Positions 41,231 through 52,115 of a DNA stretch of 64,000 nucleotides are shown piece after piece. The DNA comes from Zancudomyces culisetae HAW-14-8 (Eukaryota > Fungi > Kickxellomycota). Below the pieces are notes generated by a model. The model was not told where the DNA came from and ran no database searches. It saw only the letters and a program-made list of their open reading frames with translations. The DNA lies in contig JBNJNM010000011.1 in NCBI GenBank assembly GCA_052426225.1, positions 5,022,001-5,086,000 on the forward strand. The letters run 5' to 3'. Both the position numbers and the translations under genes were made by a program. How positions within the stretch are numbered: the first letter of the stretch is position 1; the number at the start of each line of letters is the position of its first letter.

Positions 41231-41326
41231 ACAATCAAAAAAAGAAAGAAAAAAAGGGAGGGGGGGAAAGGTTTTTTATTATTATTTAGTTTTATAGTAA
41301 TTCGAAAAGAGAAAGAAAAATAAAGT

Positions 41327-44300
41327 TTATAAACTTAGTTTATGGTGTTGATTCAGACCGATATAACAATAAGAGACCAAGTAAATGTCAATTTCCATAT
41401 TGACATTATCATTAATGTATGCTGGTAAAGAAATATTGGTACTCAATTCACGACCATTTGGAATGACCAATTTTTTGCAAGTCAAAACGCGGGTACCAGA
41501 TGGCAATTTACCAGTACTAGTTTGACCTTTGTTGTTGTTGTTGTTGTTTTTGTTTTTAATCAGAGGTTTACCCAGGACAAGCAGGAAGAATCGGTTTCTA
41601 CTAGCTACTAGTGAACCTTTATCGGATTTATGTTTTTGTAACTTTAATCGAATATTCGAGTTGTTATTGTAATTGGGATCAATGGTTTTGTTTGTAATTT
41701 TAATTACCAGATTCTTTTTGTTATCATTCAGAGTTGTTGTAGTTGTAGTTGTAGTTGTAGTAATGGTAATATTGGGAATTTGTGAATATTCAAACATGTT
41801 CTTTACCATTTCCATATCATCAGCATCAGCATCAGCATCATCATTATTGTTTCTGTTTTTGTTTTTGTTTTCGTTTTTCATATTATTTGCAAGTTTTGGA
41901 AATGCTGTAATGAAATGTCCCAAACACATCCATTTACTATCAAGCAAACGTGATGATCGGTTCAGGAATCCATATACACGCTGGTAACAAGTATCAACAG
42001 CATCCTTGTTATTTGCACTCTGAAGTAGTGATTCGGTTGAAAGTACCAAAGTCTTTGCAATCACTCTACAAACATCATCCTCACCACCACTATCATAACC
42101 ACTATTATCATAACCATAACCATAACCATAACCATAACCATAACCATCATCGTTATTATGATTATTATCACTCCATAATCGCAGTGTTAATTGTTGTATC
42201 AACTCAAAAACGCCGTTAATTAAAAACGCCACCAACCATTGTATCCTCTCGCTACCAACACTGCTAATACTACCAATACTGTTGCTATCATTCAGCTCTT
42301 GCATTTCCATTTCCATATCTATTTTTGCTAGCACTACATCCACTATTGCCTCCAAAATTCTGTTGGTATTATCCAAAACTAATTTGGAATCCATCCGATA
42401 ATCACCATATTCTTCCACAGCACCTTTCATACTAACTCTCCCGCTAATACCACTACCACTACCACTACCACTACTACCATTACTACTGTTGTTGTTGGTT
42501 TGTTTATGATTTACTAGTGGTTCGAGTACCAATTGAAGTAAAACATATACTTTAAATGCCGAAGTCATAGTAAGAGGCATAAATCCTAGAGTTTCGCTCT
42601 CACCACCTTCACCTCCACCTCCACTACCGTCTACACTTGTTTGATTAACATTGCTGTTTTGCTGTGATTGCGATTGTGATTGTGATAAAGTCTTTGAAAA
42701 AGAAGGAGAAAGGATTTTTTGTGCCGTTTCCAACATTGGTATAGAAACTGGGTATTTGATTATACCTCCTACTCCATACCCACTAGCATCACCAAAATTC
42801 AACTGTCGATTCAATACATCTTCATTATGTCTGATTGGAACTATCAACGTCCATTCAGTCACCAATAGCGAAAGACAATATAGTGCTAATTGCACATAGT
42901 TTCGACTATTCTTGTCGCTATTAAATGAAAAATAGGTCAGGAAATTGTTGAAGTGTCTAATTGTCAAGTGTGTCAGATAATATTTACTAGCTATATAGCC
43001 CAGTTTTGTACTTGAAATCATTATTGCTCGCCCTTTTTCTTTTTCTTTCCCATTTCCATTTCCATTGATGGTTGATTCAACAGAAATTTTAATACAACCG
43101 GATTTCTCCAACTCTCGTACATTTCGCATTGTACATAACGACAAGTATTCGTTCAATCCTTCAACACCACTATATGGATTATAATAGTTGGGATTATTGG
43201 TATACCGAGTTGTCAAAAAAGTGTTATTATAAATCTTCATTAAACTACCAATATTTATCTGTGCACCACCACCACTACCACCATTATTGCTATTGCTATT
43301 GTTATTGTTGTTGTTGTTGTTGTTGTTATTTTTGTTCTTTGCGGCAGATTGTCTAGTTGATAAAACTATTTCCGAATTCAAATAATCACACATTATTGTA
43401 TTCATATGCAATTGACTTTCCACACCAATCAATAACCCACCTCCATCTTGTGACGAAGGTAACAAAAAGTTTTTGTAATATTCTTTTTTATCTCGCTTAG
43501 TCATAATAACCGCCACACAGCTGGAGTCGAACTGAGGTCGTCCAGCTCGACCGACCATCTGCAAAATATCAGTTACCTGCATATCCTCATACCGGCCAAT
43601 CAATGGATTGAAAAACTCAGTGCCTTTAACAACCACCATGTGTGCTGGCATGTTGATACCCCAAGCTAGGGTAGAGGTACTCACTAACAATAGAATCTTT
43701 TTGGTTCGAAATAGTTCTTCAACTAACTGTCGGTCAGAAACATTCAAACCTGCATGATGCAATCCAATTCCGAATCCCAAAGTAAACGCCAGGTTGGAAT
43801 CCTGGATTTTGGCCGCGCGTACAATCCGCGCCAACTCTTCAACATCACAGTTGATAAATTGCGTGGGTGTAGACCCATCACCATAACTCTGGTTCAGCAC
43901 AAACGAAATCATATCCATGGCTGTCAACCGCGTTTGACGTTTTGACGATACAAACACAATCGCTGGCTTGCGGTTACTGTGCCGCAAAAGCGCTCGGAAT
44001 GCAGGCTTATTCATTGCTGCCATTCGCGGACAGTAATGCACGCCATCAAAGCCTTCAATATACAACTTTGCCGGAACAGGTCTCACCGAATGATTGAAGT
44101 TGTAGATGTGTTGAGGTCGGATACCCAACCAGCTGCCGAAATCCCCGGCATTTGAAACAGCTGTCGATAATCCAACTATTCGCACTGCGGGGTTGATTCG
44201 TACCATGCGGCTCACCAACACTTCGAGAACTGGCCCACGCAGCTCAGTTCCCAACATGTGGATTTCGTCGATAATTAGCAAATCAATTCGTTTCACGTAC

Positions 44301-47300
44301 TCATTACTGCTGTTCCATAACCGACTGACAGCATCCCATTTTTCGGGTGTTGTTACTACCAAATCGGCTCTTTCTAGCAACTGATGTGTTGTCTCATCTT
44401 CCTCTTTTTCTCCTTCTCTTTCTCCTTGTTTCTTATCCTGTCCTTCAGTATTCACTGATGTTGCTTCTCCGGTAAATTCAAGCACAGTCTTGTTGAGTTG
44501 TCGCTTCATCTTGCCTTGCCAATCTTCAACTCGCTCCTTTACCAACGCCTTCAATGGTGCTATGTAAACTACCAATCTCTTCTTTGCCTTCTTTCTCTTG
44601 TCCCTAGTCACATTTTGTGCCATTAAAATATCGGTTTTATTAAACGATCCAAAGATTGCAAGCTCAGCAATAACTGTCTTTCCCGACCCAGTGGGTGCAC
44701 CAACCAGTACGTTTTCACTTGTCGCATAGTACACTGAATGGAAAACCTGTGACTGGATTGGATTGAAATATTTGAATTTGCGGCTGAAATAGTTGTGGTA
44801 TCTAGTAGCGTTTTCTCGCAGTAATACTGCTAATCTATCAGCATTATTTGTATGAATATTGTTATTATCACCATTGTTGTTTTCATTGCTATCGTTGTTG
44901 TTTTTAGTATCGTCAGCTTGTGGTAAATGCATAAACAACTCAGGATGGACCATCAACGGAGTTGCATCAAGCAAGTTGGTCACCACCTGATTATTCTTTG
45001 GAATACTCTTGGCTAAATCCATATATCGACTCAAGTTCAGTTCTAGCACAGTTGTGGTGTTGATATAACGGTCATTCATTGTTCTTAAATACAAAACCTT
45101 TTTACCGCCACCACTGATACCTTCATCAGATAATGAAAATGGCAATGGTAAGGTAATACTCAACTTTACTGGATATTGCGCCTTATCTTTACTGATAATG
45201 ATCTGTTCCACGTGGATAATACGTGTCGCACTTCCATTGTTTGGATCCGTCTGTTCAAGAAATAGCCAAAACTTGGTTGCCGCATTGCCCAGTATTGCAT
45301 CATTCCACTCGAAATCCACACTTAAACCTAATTCCATTTGTATCACTCTGTCGCTTAGTGGTTTAACCAAATTGATCTGAATACTCAGTAATGGAAAACT
45401 CTGGATCAGTGTATATACCTTTTTGACTTGGTAGCTCACGTTACGATTCTTTTGTAAATTAACTGATTTTGTATTTAATACTCCCTTTTTGTTTGGTTTA
45501 TCATTGTTCATGTTTCTTGTAAATGTCAAAATATCTGCCAGCTCATCTACCTCTAACTCTCGCAACTTATAGATTGACATTATTTGTTTGTCCTCCAATA
45601 CACTAATTAGTGGTTCTACCATCTGCATCCTGGAATTATTAATCGGATTTGGTTTATTTCCCGAACGAGAACTTGAACCACCTCCACTTGCCACCACAAA
45701 CTGTCGCAAACAATGCTCAAATGACCATACTCGATGTTCAATACTCTGGCTCAGATTTAGTAAAATAATCGCCACATTCGAATACCCTCGACTAATGGCT
45801 ATCTCAAACATTCCACGTACTAATCTCGCCGCATTTGTTACCACATAATTGGTATCTGCTATCAAAGAAAACTCTTTTAATATTGCCACTCGACTAATAT
45901 ACGCTTGAATCAAAATATTTGTCTTGATGTAACTATCCACCAAATCTGCCTCGCTATTTCCTTCATTATTACCGCTTTTAGTACCACCTCTTTCATTCTC
46001 ATTACCACCACTACCACCACTACCACTACCTCGTTCAGTTACTTTTTCTTTAACTTTTTTACCCATTGGTAATTGACACACACATCCAAGTCGTTTAAGT
46101 TCTAAAAGTTCATCATTTTCACTCTCACGTACTACAATCTGGTCAAATTCTGTACTGCTAGATAGCAGAACCAACACATCTGCCTCTGTCATGTTATCCC
46201 GAAGCCCACTATTATACTTGTCTATTGTCGGATACTTGATATAATAATCTGCTGCTATTTTACCCAGTTCCTTAATCCTCACCATTCCAACTGCACTGAC
46301 ATCCCCACCTTCAATTGTATCTTCTTGACTAGAATCAAATGATACCATCTGCAACTCGTCCATCACTTTAAGTCCAGCTCTGACTATTTCACGTTGCCTA
46401 TCCGCAATCATATTTCCAACTCCTCCTCCTCCTCCTCCTCCTCCATAATTATAACTTGTATCTTTATTTTCACGTTCTTGATCTCTATACTGACTACCTT
46501 GCAATAATTTGTATGGATTAATTCCGTATACCATTGGCGACTTGCGCATCCGAACATGCATAAACGTATACTGTAGCCAGTTAAGCGCCTCACTAATATT
46601 CGCCACTGTTCCCAAACTAATCTCAGCATTCAACATATCCACCAACGACGTTTCCAGCTGCGATTCTATCGGTTGTTTCATACTAACCGCTTTACAATAA
46701 TGCTGTAGCTTGTCTATACTCGTTACAATCACTCCCACTCCAAAGGTTTCATATTGCGGTCTTCCAGCTCGCCCAAAGATCTGCAACACGTCTAGTACAC
46801 TCAAATCAATAAATTTACCATGTTCCCGTGAGTATATGTTTGTTCCCTTGATTATCACATAGTGCGCTGGCAAATTCACGCCCCAGGCCAACGTTGCCGT
46901 ACTCACTATCACTTTTAATTCGCCATTGATAAACCGCCGCTCAACCATCTTGCGGTCGCTACGAACCATTCCTGCATGATGGATTCCAATACCATACTCC
47001 ATCAACTGCACCAACTCCTTATTCCGCGTCACCTCCCCGGCTTCCTTCTTGGTCTGTTTACTACTCGATGATGTGTTTTTTAATAGCTCATGTCGTCCCT
47101 CTTTTATTGCTCTCCCTTTGAAATCCATGGCTTCGGTTACGGTTTCTTTGCGTGAGTGAACAAATATCATTGCCTGATACCCTTGTTCCAATTGTTCCAT
47201 CACTTTTTCATATACTATTTTACCCATAATATCACCATCTCGCTTATTTACCACATCTGACCCTGCTCCCATTTCCGTCATTCCTTTACCTTTCTCTCTA

Positions 47301-49126
47301 TCCCCCTTTTTACCTCCACCTCCACCTCCACCTCCACTACTACTACTACTACTACCCTTATTATCCCCGCTATAAACACCAATAAATTGTTGTTCTAGTG
47401 GCACCGGTCGATATTCTGGTCCAAAATAAAACATTCCCACTTTCAAATTAACTTTCAAAAATTCTGCAACATCCACAAAGTTCGGCAGTGTCGCTGACAA
47501 TCCAATGATCCGAATCATCCGCTGTGTACTCTCCACCAACATCTGCGTCCGCGCAACAATTGCCTCCAGCACTGCTCCTCGCTCCTCATTCAATAGATGT
47601 ACCTCGTCTAGAATCAACAGTTGCATTCGGTTAATCAACAGCTCCATCGTATTTCCGCCATACATCTTGCGTGTCAGCACGTCCCACTTTTCCGGCGTCG
47701 TCACTATCACATTTGCCGTCGCCATTTCGTGCCGTGTTAGTTGCACATCTCCTGTAAGTTCATATACTTTGATCCTTTGCTTCCCCCCAATCCACTTAAG
47801 CTTCTTGCTGTATTTTTCCACTATCTCACTTGCAAGTGCCTTCATTGGTGCAATATACACCACCAAAAAGTTTCCAAAGTCTGCTCCTGCATCACCAGCA
47901 CCCCCACCGCTCCCCATACTTTGTTTGATTTCCCGCAATATCCCCAGCATTCCGACATCTGTTTTTCCAGCTCCAGTAGGTGCACACACAAGAATATTCT
48001 CATTGGTGTTGTATAGCGTATCATATACCCTTGACTGCACAAAATTCAACGTCTTGTACCCCAAAAACGTCCCTTTACAGAGCTCGTCCATATCGGATAT
48101 TTTCACCAACCTATCACCAGTCTTGTTATCCTTATCTCCACTATTTACATTTTCTCCTGGTTTGCGAACCATAGGTATTGTAATTTGTTCGTATTCCTCA
48201 AATTTCTCTACCTTGGTACCTACTGGTAGACTTATCTTGCCTCCAAAATCACTCAGTTTGTTCCCTACCGTTTCGCTAGTGTATATATGTAGCTCTTCAC
48301 GTTCCTTCCTGCTCAATTCTAGTACTCCCATTCCGCTACCTAACCCACCAACATTTCTTTTCTTGAGAAGACCCTGGTCGCCACCCGTCTTTGCTGTTTG
48401 TAATTGTTGTTCGCGTCTTGCCTTTAAAAGCTTTCCAGACTCCTTTGTGATGGGAACAACCCCGCTTGCACCAGAAACACCATCTTGTGAACCTGAGTGT
48501 ACGTCTTCGTCAGCAGGTTTGGTTATGGCTTTTACAACCCGGTCCAAATTCCGCAGTATTTCTCCGACCTGTTCCAAATAATCAAAGCCTACCGTGTCTA
48601 CAAGCGCATTTTCTAGTTCATGTGTATCAACTCTCTCACTGCCACCACCGTTGCCACTGCCAGTTTTTGTACTTGTGAGCAGATTTGCTATTCTCTGAAA
48701 TACTTGGTTATTATCCAAGCCTTGGATGTTGATATCCCGACATATTTCTTTGAACCATTCAAGCCAGTCCACTTGATCGATTTCCTCCCCTTCTTCCTCC
48801 TCTTCTTTCTTCTCTGCTCCCTCAGGTCCAAGGATTTTACCAAAACTAAGTAATTCACTTTCAAGTCTTTGGATATTGATAATCTCCCTTGCCAACACAA
48901 ACTCATTGTCATTGTCATTGTCATTGTCATTATCCAAATCTGGAAGAGTATCAGGCTTTATAGGCTTGAGCTCATCCATCTTGCCCGACTTACCAGTAGC
49001 GATACCTGATGCTTCATACTTACTGGAAGTAATTCCAGTCACCGCAGAGCGCGAATCAAAACTTGCTGCTTCCAAGAGCAACCTTTCCACAATGGACCTT
49101 CGCTTTTCAGCATTTAGTCTAGCCAT
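41327..49126 (-). CDS. SLH1: Ski2-like tandem-cassette helicase Slh1/ASCC3 (ribosome quality-control trigger)
   Basis: Two helicase cassettes (APTGAGKT/DEVH/GLSAT/QIFGRAGRPQY and APTGSGKT/DEIH/GLSTA/QMVGRAGRPQF), HYCPRMAAMNKP motif, Sec63-like regions. Confidence 0.88.
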   Translation of the reverse strand: MARLNAEKRRSIVERLLLEAASFDSRSAVTGITSSKYEASGIATGKSGKMDELKPIKPDTLPDLDNDNDNDNDNEFVLAREIINIQRLESELLSFGKILGPEGAEKKEEEEEGEEIDQVDWLEWFKEICRDINIQGLDNNQVFQRIANLLTSTKTGSGNGGGSERVDTHELENALVDTVGFDYLEQVGEILRNLDRVVKAITKPADEDVHSGSQDGVSGASGVVPITKESGKLLKARREQQLQTAKTGGDQGLLKKRNVGGLGSGMGVLELSRKEREELHIYTSETVGNKLSDFGGKISLPVGTKVEKFEEYEQITIPMVRKPGENVNSGDKDNKTGDRLVKISDMDELCKGTFLGYKTLNFVQSRVYDTLYNTNENILVCAPTGAGKTDVGMLGILREIKQSMGSGGGAGDAGADFGNFLVVYIAPMKALASEIVEKYSKKLKWIGGKQRIKVYELTGDVQLTRHEMATANVIVTTPEKWDVLTRKMYGGNTMELLINRMQLLILDEVHLLNEERGAVLEAIVARTQMLVESTQRMIRIIGLSATLPNFVDVAEFLKVNLKVGMFYFGPEYRPVPLEQQFIGVYSGDNKGSSSSSSGGGGGGGGKKGDREKGKGMTEMGAGSDVVNKRDGDIMGKIVYEKVMEQLEQGYQAMIFVHSRKETVTEAMDFKGRAIKEGRHELLKNTSSSSKQTKKEAGEVTRNKELVQLMEYGIGIHHAGMVRSDRKMVERRFINGELKVIVSTATLAWGVNLPAHYVIIKGTNIYSREHGKFIDLSVLDVLQIFGRAGRPQYETFGVGVIVTSIDKLQHYCKAVSMKQPIESQLETSLVDMLNAEISLGTVANISEALNWLQYTFMHVRMRKSPMVYGINPYKLLQGSQYRDQERENKDTSYNYGGGGGGGGVGNMIADRQREIVRAGLKVMDELQMVSFDSSQEDTIEGGDVSAVGMVRIKELGKIAADYYIKYPTIDKYNSGLRDNMTEADVLVLLSSSTEFDQIVVRESENDELLELKRLGCVCQLPMGKKVKEKVTERGSGSGGSGGNENERGGTKSGNNEGNSEADLVDSYIKTNILIQAYISRVAILKEFSLIADTNYVVTNAARLVRGMFEIAISRGYSNVAIILLNLSQSIEHRVWSFEHCLRQFVVASGGGSSSRSGNKPNPINNSRMQMVEPLISVLEDKQIMSIYKLRELEVDELADILTFTRNMNNDKPNKKGVLNTKSVNLQKNRNVSYQVKKVYTLIQSFPLLSIQINLVKPLSDRVIQMELGLSVDFEWNDAILGNAATKFWLFLEQTDPNNGSATRIIHVEQIIISKDKAQYPVKLSITLPLPFSLSDEGISGGGKKVLYLRTMNDRYINTTTVLELNLSRYMDLAKSIPKNNQVVTNLLDATPLMVHPELFMHLPQADDTKNNNDSNENNNGDNNNIHTNNADRLAVLLRENATRYHNYFSRKFKYFNPIQSQVFHSVYYATSENVLVGAPTGSGKTVIAELAIFGSFNKTDILMAQNVTRDKRKKAKKRLVVYIAPLKALVKERVEDWQGKMKRQLNKTVLEFTGEATSVNTEGQDKKQGEREGEKEEDETTHQLLERADLVVTTPEKWDAVSRLWNSSNEYVKRIDLLIIDEIHMLGTELRGPVLEVLVSRMVRINPAVRIVGLSTAVSNAGDFGSWLGIRPQHIYNFNHSVRPVPAKLYIEGFDGVHYCPRMAAMNKPAFRALLRHSNRKPAIVFVSSKRQTRLTAMDMISFVLNQSYGDGSTPTQFINCDVEELARIVRAAKIQDSNLAFTLGFGIGLHHAGLNVSDRQLVEELFRTKKILLLVSTSTLAWGINMPAHMVVVKGTEFFNPLIGRYEDMQVTDILQMVGRAGRPQFDSSCVAVIMTKRDKKEYYKNFLLPSSQDGGGLLIGVESQLHMNTIMCDYLNSEIVLSTRQSAAKNKNNNNNNNNNNNSNSNNGGSGGGAQINIGSLMKIYNNTFLTTRYTNNPNYYNPYSGVEGLNEYLSLCTMRNVRELEKSGCIKISVESTINGNGNGKEKEKGRAIMISSTKLGYIASKYYLTHLTIRHFNNFLTYFSFNSDKNSRNYVQLALYCLSLLVTEWTLIVPIRHNEDVLNRQLNFGDASGYGVGGIIKYPVSIPMLETAQKILSPSFSKTLSQSQSQSQQNSNVNQTSVDGSGGGGEGGESETLGFMPLTMTSAFKVYVLLQLVLEPLVNHKQTNNNSSNGSSGSGSGSGISGRVSMKGAVEEYGDYRMDSKLVLDNTNRILEAIVDVVLAKIDMEMEMQELNDSNSIGSISSVGSERIQWLVAFLINGVFELIQQLTLRLWSDNNHNNDDGYGYGYGYGYGYDNSGYDSGGEDDVCRVIAKTLVLSTESLLQSANNKDAVDTCYQRVYGFLNRSSRLLDSKWMCLGHFITAFPKLANNMKNENKNKNRNNNDDADADADDMEMVKNMFEYSQIPNITITTTTTTTTTTLNDNKKNLVIKITNKTIDPNYNNNSNIRLKLQKHKSDKGSLVASRNRFFLLVLGKPLIKNKNNNNNNKGQTSTGKLPSGTRVLTCKKLVIPNGRELSTNISLPAYINDNVNMEIDIYLVSYCYIGLNQHHKLSL

Positions 49127-49497
49127 TCTTGTTCCTGTTCTTGTTCTTGTTCCTGTTCTCTTTATCTTGGTTTTTCGCCTTTTTTTTACTTTTTTTATTA
49201 CTTGTTTCTTGATGTTTTCTTTTATTATCCAGACAAAAGAAATAAGAAAAAAAATAAACTAAAACCTTAAATATTTAATTTACCGCAGCAAAATCCATTT
49301 TTGTCCATTTACAAAATCATCTATTTGGAGACAAGTTACAAAAAAAAGTGTATAAATAATTGATATGAGTGATACAGAACCGAGTTGTTGAACAGGAATT
49401 TCATATATTTAGGGTATTTGTTCTTTATTAACAAGTAAAATATATAAAATAAATAAGTATAGGCTATAATATAAATCGTTATAGTAACATCAACTAA

Positions 49498-51090
49498 TTA
49501 ATCCTTTTTCTTTTCTTTTTTCTCCTTTTTCTCCTTCTTGTCTTTTTTTTCTTTCTTTTCCTTCTTCTCTTTCTTTTCTTCTTTGTCCTTCTTCTCCTCT
49601 TTGTCTTTCTTTTCCTTCTTCTCCTTCTTTTCTTTCTTATCAGACTTGGCTTTCTTTGGTGCTGGCTCTGAGTCTTCTTTTACTGGTGCCTCTCCAGAAG
49701 CATCAGCATCATCAGTAAGTGATCTCTTATTGCCTGGCTTGCTAGCAGTGAAATCAGCCTTTGCGTTATAAGAAGGCCCGGTTTTATCTGTTGAAACCTT
49801 GGTAAAGTTGTTGACGTTGGCCTTGAGTTTGGTTCTCTCGGTCTTGGATGCCTTGGCAGCAAAGCGTCCTTCCAACATCCGCAATCTAGTCTCAATCTTG
49901 GCGCGTGCATCGAGTCCAACTTGTCCACTGGTGCTTTCTTGGTTATTGTCATCAGTCAATGCATCAACTCTGGCGGAGATCGATGCCTTTGTCGCTGTAA
50001 TACGTGCAATCTTACCCTTGATCTTGGGTCCTGCCTGTCCAACCAAACTGGCGTGATATATCAATCCATACTTTGGTGTGTCGTGTTTGGTCTTCAATGC
50101 TCTGAACAATGCCTTTTCTGCTCCAAGAATCTGTACTGTTGATGCAGGATACTTGGCTAGTGTCATCAGCGATCCTGCTCGTGAAATAAGTCGTGCTCCA
50201 ACCATTTCACCAACCAGGGCTGTCAGATTTGGTGCAATTGCTGTCATTCGGTTCTTCAAGTATTCGTACAGCTGGTTTCTATGTTCTGAAATGCCGATAA
50301 TCAGGTCACATAGTGCGCTAATGTTTTCCAAATCTACTTCATTGATCTCTGTTCCCATACTTATCTCTGCTGCTTCTTTGATCTCTGTCTCCAATTCTTC
50401 AGGAAGAATATCAGATAGATCTGTTGATGATATCATGTGTCTCATTCCTGCCTTCTTGATAACTCGTGCATATGCTTGGTTGTCAACAATAATCTTGCCC
50501 ATTTCTGGGAAGTGCCATCCGTACCATTCCTTTACTCTCATGGCATATGTGTTCAACTCCTTATCCAAATCATCCAAAATTGAAATCGCCTGGATAATCA
50601 TTGTATCAATCTTGTCTGATGAAAACTTGAGCTTGTATCTAGAAAGCGAATGTGCCAAACCAAGTTCCATAGCCGACAAATCCTTTTCTGCAACGTTTGA
50701 AAGCAGTCCATTCAACTGTGTTCTTATTCCTCTGAACAACTCGTTCATGCTTGAATCAGACACCACCTTGATTCCCAACTTTTTTGTGATTGCACTTCCC
50801 AGTTTTGGATCAGATACGACCAACTTTTCTTCTTTCCATTCCTTCTCCTTGATTTTGTCTGTCAACAAGCTCTTTAGTTCCTTGCTGATCTTGCCCTCGA
50901 TCAAGCCTGTTGCTGCTGACAAGGCGCTTACTGTGTTGTCGAATTTATAAAACTCCTTCAACTTGACCATATTGTTGGCCTTCTCTACACTTTCGAATTC
51001 CTTGTGTATATTCTCGATTTTCTTTAGCTTCGACTCCCCCAACATTTTAAATAGCGCAAAGCCTGCTGCCGTTTCAAATAGTACCAACAT
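49498..51090 (-). CDS. NOP58: Nucleolar protein 58, box C/D snoRNP core subunit
   Basis: MLVLFETAAGFALFK start, GLAHSLSRYKLKFS, KEWYGWHFPE, STVQILGAEKALFRALKTKHDTPKYGLIYH, KKE-repeat tail. Confidence 0.96.
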   Translation of the reverse strand: MLVLFETAAGFALFKMLGESKLKKIENIHKEFESVEKANNMVKLKEFYKFDNTVSALSAATGLIEGKISKELKSLLTDKIKEKEWKEEKLVVSDPKLGSAITKKLGIKVVSDSSMNELFRGIRTQLNGLLSNVAEKDLSAMELGLAHSLSRYKLKFSSDKIDTMIIQAISILDDLDKELNTYAMRVKEWYGWHFPEMGKIIVDNQAYARVIKKAGMRHMISSTDLSDILPEELETEIKEAAEISMGTEINEVDLENISALCDLIIGISEHRNQLYEYLKNRMTAIAPNLTALVGEMVGARLISRAGSLMTLAKYPASTVQILGAEKALFRALKTKHDTPKYGLIYHASLVGQAGPKIKGKIARITATKASISARVDALTDDNNQESTSGQVGLDARAKIETRLRMLEGRFAAKASKTERTKLKANVNNFTKVSTDKTGPSYNAKADFTASKPGNKRSLTDDADASGEAPVKEDSEPAPKKAKSDKKEKKEKKEKKDKEEKKDKEEKKEKKEKKEKKDKKEKKEKKEKKKD

Positions 51091-51276
51091 TTTCTTTACA
51101 CTCTCCCTTTTTCTATGTTCTTTTTTTTTGGTTGTATTGCAAAGTTGTTCCTAAAGTATTGTACAAAATCTCTTGAGCCTTGATTGATTTTCTTTACTCT
51201 TGATCACTAATCAATACTTGGATTTTCTACACTTTAGTATTTTTTTATTTTATTTTTGTTAAACTAATCTCGCCTC

Positions 51277-51394
51277 AAAAAAAATTTTTTTCTTACATGT
51301 GTTTACAGAATCAAAGTTGAAGGAAAAAAAAATTTTTTTTTTTTTTTGACTAGCACTTTTTTCAGTTTAAAAAACGAAAAAAAAATTTTTTTTT
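51277..51394. promoter_or_regulatory. Three A-tract/T-tract palindromes (RRPE-like AAAATTTT) upstream of NOP58
   Basis: AnTn blocks at 51277-51291, 51324-51347 and 51377-51394, about 190-300 bp upstream of the NOP58 ATG. Confidence 0.5.
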
Positions 51395-52115
51395 CTCTCC
51401 TACAGCTTCCAGATACATTTCCCAGTTTACCCACCCATAACTTTTTTTTTTCTTTGCTATTTTGATGCTGCTATTTATTTATATAAAGGGGGGGGCAACT
51501 AGGAATAGGCTGAAAAAAGCAAATAGAAATCATAATATCATATTTAGATCATGATACCATTGGATCAATTCTTTAAATACCCAAAACTAAGTTGACCATA
51601 AGATTATAGCAAAAGCTAGCAATATATTTGCGCCGCAATTTAATCGCATCCTATCCCTTGATTATTTTGGCTTTAGTTATACCCCGACCTTTAACTATGG
51701 TTAAAGAGGATTTTAATCAACACTAACAACAGATCCACATCCTATTCAACACTTTTTTGTTTTTTTTTTTGGTTCTCGTCTAAACATGCTAATGATGCTC
51801 CTGATTAAACACATATTATTATACAATCTCAAAAGCAGCAGCAAAACACAAAAATGCACTCAACAGAAAATGTCAAATAAAGACAGATATCCACCACCTT
51901 TTCTCGTTTTTGTAATGGTATGTTCAGTTGTATTTCATATAAACGGTTCAGCAGTTGAAATTCATCTTAAATCTATTATTCTTTGATGAGATTACATCTA
52001 TCCTACTATATCGATAACAATCTGATTCAAAAACGTAAAAATACTAGTACTAAAATTAAACTTTTCCAACAATGGAGAAAGAGAAAAAGAGACAAAAAGG
52101 TACGCATCCGTTTAA

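Noticed and set aside
47505-48581. 358-aa + strand ORF
   Set aside because: Antisense shadow of SLH1 with no recognisable motifs
50078-50950. 290-aa + strand ORF
   Set aside because: Antisense shadow of NOP58
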